Assembly: GCA_000934665.2 (NCBI GenBank)
Contig: KZ538388.1
Coordinates: forward strand, 55,894 to 75,893
Direction of reading: 5' to 3'
Length of the DNA: 20,000 nucleotides
DNA from: Catajapyx aquilonaris
Lineage: Eukaryota
Shown: in pieces, positions 1-9,200 of the stretch
Layout of the letters: every line of letters begins with the position of its first letter
Position numbering within the stretch: position 1 is the first letter of the stretch
Notes under the pieces: generated by a model
The model's input: only the letters and a program-made list of their open reading frames with translations
What the model was told of the DNA's origin: nothing
Database searches by the model: none
Translations under genes and position numbers: made by a program

Positions 1-185
1 ATAAATTTTTTAGTATGTACCACTCATAATACTGACCGAATTTAGGAGGCATAAAATATTTCACTTTTGCTGTTGATGTAAGTTTATAATATAAAAATGG
101 CGTGGGTCCAAAATGGACGCCACGTTTCAAGTTAAGCATGGCTAAATGAGGTTTCACATTGATGGTAAAGAAAATTTAACATTAA

Positions 186-916
186 CCCCTTTCGCTACCA
201 CGTAGATTCTGGCTTAAGGGTACTCTGAAGATATGGACAAGATATTTTTAAAATACTAACAGCTATACTTACCACATTCAGGGAAAACACTATGAATGTG
301 CCTGGAACAATTTTACTCGTCTAAGTCCCGAAATTAATTTCCAAAAACAATGCCATAAAAACTGGAAATTTGAGTACTGCCTACCAACTGTTAGGGGCTG
401 ATTTAATTATGAAATGCATGAAAATATGCGGAATAACAACCTTGAGAACCATGCCAGACAAATTTGCTTAGATCGTCGTACTTTGCGATAATAAATTAAT
501 GCTTATTTGCGGCTTTCTAGGACTTCGGAAAATAGCAAATAAATTTGGGAGTTTTCCAAAGTGCCAGAAAGCCGCAAATAAGTATTAATTTATTTCTTGC
601 AAAGTACGATGAGTTCAGCAAATTCATCTGGCATGGTTCTCAAGGTTGTTATTCCACATATTTTCACTCATTTCATAATTAAATCAGCTTAAGAGGTGGC
701 CGGCAGTACTTGGATTTCCAGTTTTTACAGCTTTTTTTTTTGGAAATTAATTGAGGGACTTCTAGAGACTAGTAAAATTGTTCCCGACACATTCATAGTG
801 TTTTCCCTGAACATGGTAAGTATAGCTGTTATTATTTGTAAAATCTCTTGTCCGTATCTTCGGAGTGTGCTTAAGCCAAAATCTATGTGGTTGGGGCCTA
901 TCTGGTAGCGAAGGGG
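186..916. mobile_element. piggyBac-like foldback MITE, copy 1
   Basis: TTAA at 182-185 and 917-920; termini CCCCTTTCGCTACCA / TGGTAGCGAAGGGG; ~350-bp imperfect inverted arms centred near 540. Confidence 0.88.
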
Positions 917-920
917 TTAA

Positions 921-1410
921 AGGGACACTCCACTCAAAATGCAAGTTGGGCTCTAAAAATCGGGCAAAAAATCCTGATTCCGAAGGTGCAATCGGTTTTT
1001 TTCTACGCGGAACAGAAAAGCCAGGACGAGGGGTTAAAGATTTGCGTCGTCTGCTAATGAGCTTCCCCGCCAGCCCAGTCCGCCACCGCCGTGAGCGCCG
1101 CCACCGGGCACTAGGCGAAAGTGATTTAGTGCTGAAAGTCGGGTCGGGTCAAGAGGTGGCGAGATGAACCTGTGGGACGGACCAAAGATGGCGCGGACCA
1201 TGGCGTGGATCAAGATGGCGCAAGAACATACCAATTTCTGCCCAGTCCCGGGGGAAGCGCGGCTGTTTTGTGGCAGATTCGAATTGCCGAACTTTGACGG
1301 CTTGCCCTGGCCTTACCGTTCGTCTCTCAGAAAAACTGCTTATACACTCGGAATCAGGATTTTTTGCCCGATTTTTAGAGCCCAACTTGCATTTTGAGTG
1401 GAGTGTCCCT
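921..1410. mobile_element. Kolobok/T2-like MITE
   Basis: Perfect 63-bp TIRs (921-983 / 1348-1410) beginning AGGGACAC; TTAA at 917-920 and 1411-1414; GC/CpG-rich interior. Confidence 0.85.
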
Positions 1411-1668
1411 TTAAGGAAAGAAAAGGAAAAAAAAGCCAAAAAGTATGACTCCCATGCCACCTGTTAAAGCATGACTTTTGAGCACATAGCAAGAGAATTT
1501 TTCAGCTGTGACCCAATCCACCACATCTTTGTTGAACTCCCTGAGATGCATATGTGTCTCTTGTACCTTTTACACCTCTAGCACATGAATAACAACATAC
1601 CAGCACATAATTCGAGCTGACCCCATTTCCAAAAAACCCAAACATAGCAAAATAAGGTCCATCCTTAA

Positions 1669-2430
1669 CCCCTTTGCAACCAGATAGGCCCGAACCACAT
1701 AGATTTCAGCTTACACCTACTCGGAAGATAAGGACCTGATATTTTACCAATACTAACAGCTATACTTACCAGATCTGGGAAAACACTATGAATGTGTCTG
1801 GAACAATTTTACTCATCTAGAAGTTCCTAAATTAATTCCCAAAAAAGGGCTATAAAAAGTCTAAATTAGACCAACTGTGAGGCTAATTTAATTATGAAAT
1901 GCGTGAAAATATGCAGAATAACAACCTTGAGAACTGTGCCAGGCGAATTTGCTGAAATCGTTGTACTTTGCGAGAAATATATTAATACTTATTTGCGGCT
2001 TTCTGGCACTTCGGAAAACTCCCAAATGAGTATGAGATGAATTTGCTGAAATCGTTGTACTTCATGAGAAGCAAATAAATTAGAGAGTTTTCTGAAGTGC
2101 CATGGACGTGCCAGAAAGCTGCAAATAAGTATTAATTTATTTCTCACAAAGTATGACGATTTCAGCAAATTCTTCTGGCATGGTTCTCAAGGTTCTTATT
2201 CTGCATATTTTCACGCATTTCATAATTAAATCATCCTAAGAGTTGGTCGGCTTTTTTGGAAATTAATTTAGGGACTTCCAGATGAGTAAAATTGTTCCAG
2301 ACACATTCGTAGTGTTTTCCCAGATCTGGTAATATATAGCTGTTATTATTGGTAAAATATCTCCTCCGGATCTTTGGAGTAGGCGTAAGCCGAAATCTAT
2401 GTGGTTCGGGCCTATCTGGTAGCGAAGGGG
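1669..2430. mobile_element. piggyBac-like foldback MITE, copy 2 (same family as 186-916)
   Basis: TTAA at 1665-1668 and 2431-2434; CCCC/GGGG termini; colinear with copy 1 along both arms. Confidence 0.88.
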
Positions 2431-2486
2431 TTAAAGGGTTGAAGCTGCATGGCAGTGGCACCGCAAGTTTTACATGGAGTTTTGAC

Positions 2487-2581
2487 CAGGGAGTAGATTA
2501 GAAATAGGTCCACATGAACATGAACCTATCTGCAGTAATTTAGTAGTTGCATGGGGGTGACCAGACTTTCAATCTACCCTG
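2487..2581. mobile_element. Small degenerate Tc1/mariner-type MITE remnant
   Basis: CAGGGAGTAGATTAGAAA at the left end versus TTTCAATCTACCCTG-TA at the right end. Confidence 0.35.
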
Positions 2582-2656
2582 TAGATGTCAGATAATCCCT
2601 GCAACATTTGACTTTTTAAATCTGCTGTAAACTAAACCTTACACTTGAGTCATGCA

Positions 2657-2985
2657 GTTGCCGTGGTGTCTTCATTCTCAACCCCAGTCCCCCGACACTC
2701 CTACCCCAGCCTTATGGAGACCCCCCGAGAGCTTACTTGCTTTCCCCCACCCAGGTGGGGTTTCCGATTAGGATCTGGTGTTGCTCCACAGTTGGTAAGG
2801 CGGTTCCTGTGGATGACTCTGCGAACATGCTCCAGATCCAGCTGTAGTGCAAAGAGTCGTCTGCCCAAACTGCCTTAGGAACCAGTTCCTAATTGGAAAC
2901 CCCACGTTAGTGGGGGAGAGGAACTAAGCTCATGCAAAAGGAGAGGGAGTGTCTGGAACCTGAGTATTGTAAGACCGTGCTCAAC
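2657..2985 (+). repeat. Imperfect rod-like inverted repeat (~330 nt)
   Basis: Nested complementary blocks: 2694-2701/2946-2953, 2729-2750/2910-2931, 2755-2779/2881-2905, 2796-2805/2868-2877, 2809-2820/2853-2864. Confidence 0.8.
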
Positions 2986-3105
2986 CCTGTTGTATTTGAA
3001 CCTTTATACTCATGCTTGTATTTTGAAGTAGGAGGGAATTATTTATTATTACTTTTAATAAAGTAATGCAAATAGTAATTTTTCTTTGTGATCTTTTCTT
3101 TACAG

Positions 3106-3271
3106 CTACCAGTGTCTGATGTGCAGAATGCAATTAAAAGTCTCAGAGGGGCAGTTAGTCTTAAAAAAGATGTTGAAAAGGGAAGCCAACAGTTACATGC
3201 ATTACAGAAGTCAATACAACATGATGTTAATCACACTGCCATGGAGGTCTCAAATTCCATGAATACTGCAG
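3106..3271 (+). CDS. promL: Prominin-like exon (extracellular loop: LPVSDVQNAIKSLRG...NSMNTA)
   Basis: Acceptor cttttctttacag at 3105, donor gtatga at 3272; open helical-type frame whose phase-1 end matches the next exon. Confidence 0.8.
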
Positions 3272-6200
3272 GTATGATAATTCATACACTTTTTATATTG
3301 TCGTAAAGTATTCTGAAGTGAGTTCAGTTACCTTTTGTGTGTGTGTGAAAAGTTGGGAAACCCTGAGTATGGCAGAATTTGTTAGCCTTTTTGGAGTCTT
3401 AACACTTTTGTGTCATAAGACTAGGGGCCGAATTTTCGTCTTACTATTAGCCGCTATTAGTCACTGTTTAGACTTTAGAGGTTCTGACTATTATCTTAGG
3501 ACGGATGGAATTTTCGTGCTTCTGATTAGGTACTACTAAACATGGAACTGTGTAGTTAATAGAAGTGAGGTTAATGACACCTCGGGGTGTCTCTAAGTCA
3601 CGTCGTCGCATGAGAAATGCCCTACACGGTGACGACCGTTCGACTTGTAGATTGCGTTCGGCGCCTTCGACGCGTTTTACGGGTGCGGAGGCGCTACCTG
3701 CCCCTTCTGGATCCCTTTATGAGATACAGGGTGATACAGCATCCAAGCACTTTTGCATGCCAGTCTGCATAATTATAGTACAGGGTTTGTTGGTCGTTTT
3801 ATTTATCACTATTATCGCCCGAAGTAGTTATTTTTTGTAGCTTGTTGCGCCTCTCGTCCCAGATTGTCCCTCATCGGAGAGCGAAAATAACAGTTACTTA
3901 AATAGCTGTTGCTAAATATACCTGTAAGGATCACCTCTCCCCAAAAGTTTGCCATACCTGGAAGTAAATTTGGGGCAACAGGAACGGGGAGCAACAATCT
4001 ACAAAAATAACTACTTCAGGCGATATTAGTTATAAATAAAACGACTCACGAACTTGGAACACCCGGTACTGGTGAAGTCAGCAGTCGAAGTTTTACATCC
4101 TACACCATGGGATCACACGACATCTTCCGCCTCTATACCGACTTGTATGGCTGAAATCCCACAGCACGAGGAATATTAAATGACCCAGATCACAACCCAG
4201 ATATACTGCCCCGGGTCGGCCCCGCAGCCCTGCTCCGTACTCATCAACGTCGCATTGTCCATCGTCGCCTTCTCCCTTCACTTGTTTACACAGGAAGGCT
4301 TGTTGTGCGCATCCTCCAACTGTCAATTGCCACTATTAAGCACTGATTAGGCTATACAGCACTGGTTTGTAAAAAGCGGCTAATAGAACGACGAAAATTC
4401 CACTTTAAACAGTACTGCTAAAAGCACCTACGCAGTTACTAACTAATCAGTTCTGAACAGGCACTACTAGCGGAAAGACGAAAATTCGACCCAAAGTTAG
4501 TAATTTGAATTGATGTGAAGAATGCTTATGCAAGGTGTTCTGTGGTAATACACACAAACTTGTAGGATGAACTGTGATGAAGAATGAATAGCCTTGACTC
4601 AATTTATGTTTTGGACAATCCACTGATTCTGCAGTAAGGTGTAATAAATTTATTGAACTCCCATTTGATGAACATATCAAGTTGAAGCACCTTTGTGGTT
4701 TTACCTTTTTCAGGAGCAAATGTCAAGATTTTAAAGTACATGTTTTTCATTGCAGGGGGTGATTTAAAGAAGGTTTTCAGTGACATTGCTTCCACTCTGG
4801 ACCAGTTAGATTTGAGCAATGAGCATAAGTCCCTGCATCAGTTGGATATGTACATCAAAGAATACTCCCGGTACAGGTAAGGGATGCCGAATAATAATGA
4901 ATATTCATAATTTTTTCACTTACAACATGTACAATGTTTTGGCTAACAGGTATTATGCTGATGAAGCAATTTGCATCATTCTCCTGGTTATTCTGCTTTG
5001 TTTTGTTGGAGGCCTATTTTGTGGGTTTTGTGGGAAATCACCGGATGCTATTTATGGAGATGACTGCTGCAATCGTGGAACAGGATCCCGGTTGCTCATG
5101 GCGTAAGTAGTGCATGGACACAGATATTGCTAAATTGGCATAACAGTACCATTATCAGCCCAGAACCAAATTACAATGCTTTATCAAATAATACACCAAA
5201 TTGAATATACAGGGTGATCTGTTTGGGTAGGGATAATTTTAAAATGCAGTGGTATGTGTTGCAACAGGCAGAATTGATCCAAATTAGGCAGAGATTACCT
5301 TTATGAGTGGGAGTTGGTCTAGGTCTCCACATGACCCCCTTTGTGTTCTCGGTAGAGTTGATACTGGGTGCTCAATTTCTGCCACATGTTTTGTAACATT
5401 TCCTGAGTGATTTGTGCGAACGCTGCAGAAATTTTCACCTCTAGGTCATCCAGGCTTTGAGGTCATTTTCCGTAGATGATAGTCTTCACAAACCACAAAC
5501 AAAGAAATCGGGGGGAGTGAGATCCAGGGAGTTTTCAGGCCAAGGAAGGCACGACCACACCAATTGTCATAGAAAGTGTTGTTGACCTTCCTGACTTCCA
5601 ATGACCAGTGGGGTGGGGCCCCGTCTTGCTGGAAAATGACATTGTTGTCCAGTTGTGGTACCAAGAAGATCTTAGAATGTCAAAGTATGGTCCTGCTCGC
5701 ATTGTGTCCTCAGAGACAGAAAAAGGTCCGTACAGCTGGTTAAACCACATCTGGCCCCTTTGGTCACGATGTACGGCTAATGCAGGTGCACTGACAAGGG
5801 AAAGACCAAGGTCAGTCGCCTCTGATTTGGTTGAAACTTAGTGAAAGTTTTAGCTGACACTGTCCAGTCGTTTCCGAGATATGAGCGACAGAAACATCCG
5901 AATTATGGCCGCCCGTGCAGGTGTCGGGCAGGAAGGGACAAGTGCAAGGCCTGGCAAGGCCCCTATCCCCCTATATGCGCCGCCAAAATTCGCATGTTTC
6001 TGTCGCTCATATCTTGGAAACGGATGGACAGTGCCATCTAGGACTTTCACCACTGTGTCTACCGCACATGAGTGACCCCTTAAGCGAGTTTCAACCAAAT
6101 CGGAGGCGACTGACCTTAGTCGTTCCCTTGTGAGTACAGTGCATGAATCTCCCATCTTAAACCAGCAGAATTTCAACTTGGTACGGCTTAAGTGTTGCTT

Positions 6201-9200
6201 GTGATACATATTTTTAATTATCCCTACCCAAATGGATCACCCTATATTATATCATTAGAAATTTTACTTTATTGGCCTTAGTCTTATGAAATGTATTGAT
6301 AATGCCCATTCTTGTTTCCAGAGGTGTTTACCTGGTATTCCTTCTGTCAAGTCTGGTTATGCTGGTTACCGTTGCCCACTTCCTTGTTGGATCTCTCGCA
6401 CGGAAGTTTGTGTGTGAACAAGTGGAAAACCCAAGTGACTCTCAAATATTGAGAAGTCTTAATAAGCGGTTTCATGAGGATGTGCTAAAAGATCGTAAAT
6501 GGGATTTTGATGCTGATATTCTACGCATATGGAAGTAGGTGGAAGTACTTTTACCATTAGATTTCAATGTAAGATGGTTGAATAATTTATTATTTACACA
6601 GCCGGTGTAATCAGAACCAGAGTTTGTACATCACCCTTGACCCAACTGGAGGATTCAACTTATCAGAAGTTAAAAACTATACAAGTAACTTGAATATCGA
6701 TAAAGCACTTGAAGAAATGAAGAACAACACCAATTTTACAACTCCTACACTTTTGGATAACGGGACACAAACCAAGCTTTTGATTTTGGCAAATTCTCCT
6801 CTTAATGGCATTCATTTTAAGGAGTTTGCTAAGGTGGTAAGTTATAAGGAGAAATTATTAACTCTTCTGCATGCGTAATATATTTCTACTCATTTTCAGT
6901 TACATGAGAAAGTTACAACTGTTGATCTAAACAGTGTGGCAGATTTATTGAACAAGACAGTAAACGAAATTGGCCCGCCAGTGAATAAATCCATTGTTAA
7001 TGGATTAAAATCAGCTGCTGCGACGATTAGAAGTTTGGATGTCATGGTGAATTCCATGGTTGACATGGCAAAAACCTTGCAGAATGTGACCAGTAATTTA
7101 GAAGAGAAACTTAAATTTAATCATGATAGTTTTAAGGATGCAGTTGTGGACCTTGTAAATACAACTGATCACGCTCAAATTTATCTTAACCAACATGGGT
7201 CCACTTTGTTGCGAGAGGTACGTATGTCAGTTGGGGTGAAATAGAAACATTGAAGTACTGCTCTGCAAGATTGCCTTCTTATTTTTCAGCTGGTGGGAGA
7301 CTTTGCTGGTAATGTAATTCAGCACTTGGAATCATATGCCAACCGTTCGTATGATTATCTGGCCAATGAGATGGGTCGTTGTGGTCCAATTAGTCGTGCT
7401 GTGAATTCATCAATATCAGCTGTTTGCCAGGATGTCTTGGAACCATTGGTAAGCTTTCACTACATGCACAAGACATATGTTCTTTGATAACCTTTTGTTT
7501 TTGGTACCATTAGAATGGATTTTGGGTTAGTGCTGGCTGGTGCCTGCTCTTGTTCATCCCGTGTATGATATTGGCTGTCTCGGCTGCATCCTTGTACCGC
7601 AAGACTGAACCATACTCTGGAGTTATGATGGAATCGTAAGTACTTGGATCTTAAGCTGCATAATAGTGTCCTTCATGGTCAGAAATGTGGTGGAAGTGAC
7701 GAGGGAACTGTAAGTGTTGTAAATGGAGTTGATGAATGAAACTTGGCACAATAATATAGGCAGGTAAGTTATTAAACAAAATGCAAACCGTTTCTGCGGA
7801 ACGATACAAGGTCAAAAGTTATGACCTCTCAAACTCAAGGGACACTTTCCAAGTGCCACTCACTGATTTTCTTGAAATTCGGTACATTGGTAGCCCACCC
7901 CAAGAGATGAAAAACGCACCGAAAGTTACCTGCTCAAAATGACCCTGTGACCACTTTTTGAGGGGGGCATAGGTCAACTCGTAAAATTCTGAAATATCCA
8001 AATATATTCCCATTTTTGATGGCGTCTTCAAGTAAATTTGGGAAATCATGACCTGGTGCACCATTAGACAGAAAATATCACGAAACGTTTGAAATATCAA
8101 GCAGTTTATACCCAGAATATGTTGACTACATTGTAAACTGCAAACCATTAAAAGAGCATCACTAGTGAGTCTCCCATGAAGCATCAATTTTTAATGCTAT
8201 TGTAATGTCTAGTGATGAGGCGTCACCAGAGCATTGCAAGTGCATTAAAAATCGATGTTTCATGGGAGACTCACCGCAAAACATCAAAAGAGCATCACTG
8301 GTGAGTCTCTCATGGAACATCAATTTTCAGTGCTCTTCTAATGCTCCTGTGATACTTATTTGTTGCTAAAAAGCATCACAAGAGCATTGGCAGAGCATTA
8401 GAAGACCATTAAAAATTGATGATCCATGCGAGACTCACCAGTGATGGTCTTTTAATGTTTTGCGGTTTACAGTGTAGTGAATCTCTTTTAATGGTTTGCA
8501 GTTTACAATGTAGTCAGCATATTCTGGGTATAAACTGCTTGATATTTCGTGATATTTCCGGTCTAATGGTGCACCAGGTCATGATTTCCCATAAAATTTA
8601 CTTGAAGACGCCTTCAGAAATGGGAATTTGGATATTTCCGAATTTTACGAGTTGACCTCTGCCCCCCCACAAAAAGTGGTCACAGGGTCCTTTTGAGCAG
8701 GTAACTTTAGGTGCATTTTTCATCCCTTGGGGTGGGCTACCAATGTACTGAATTTCAAGAAAATCAGTGAGTGGCTCTTGAAAGTGTCCCTTGTGAGTTC
8801 AAGAGGTCATAACTTGTGACCTGGTTTCGTTCTGCATAAACGGTTTGCATTTTGCTTAATAACTTACCTGCCTATATTATTGTGCCAAGTTTCATTCAGC
8901 AACTCCATTTACAACACTTACAGTTCCTTTGTGAGTAACAAAGAGATTTTATCATTTTTGTGATTATCAAGGTGTGCTGCTTTGTTGGAGGAAACATGGT
9001 GTTATAAACACTAAAGTGCCAACTTGACAGTCAGTTCATTAAGTGCATTTCTCTACCACGGGTAAATCTCAGGGTCAAAAACAAAAATGTAGGATAAAGA
9101 ATTAGATACATCTTTGTGTGCATGTAGCCAGTTGAAAATCGATGTTTGAGCTTGTGTTTTTGTAATTGTCCTTGCAAGAGCAATGTTTGTGAATGTGCAC

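Larger units (their letters stand above)
5210..6244 (-). mobile_element. Internally deleted Tc1/mariner-superfamily element (rosa/DD41D-like)
   Basis: TA flanks at 5208-5209 and 6245-6246; ~30-bp TIRs CAGGGTGATCTGTTTGGGTAGGGATAATT; transposase remnant on the minus strand. Confidence 0.88.

Noticed and set aside
1..135. GTGGGTCCAAAATGGACGCCAC hairpin followed by GTTAA, possibly the end of another TTAA element
   Set aside because: The partner end would lie outside the window, so it cannot be supported.
696..2461. Overlapping ORFs sharing peptides such as KGTLHSKCKLGSKNRAKNPDSE
   Set aside because: They are translations of MITE inverted repeats on opposite strands, not genes.
2657..2985. Possible intron-embedded RNase P RNA, 7SL or hammerhead/viroid-like element
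   Set aside because: Conserved RNase P CR-I/CR-V, SRP and hammerhead CUGANGA/GAAA motifs were not found; kept only as an unassigned hairpin.
8151..8455. Regularly recurring ~45-bp units that superficially resemble a CRISPR array
   Set aside because: Units alternate in orientation, lack unique equal-length spacers, and lie in a eukaryotic intron with no cas genes.
7819..8655. Pair of near-identical ORFs on opposite strands
   Set aside because: Artefact of the foldback arms; no recognisable protein domain.
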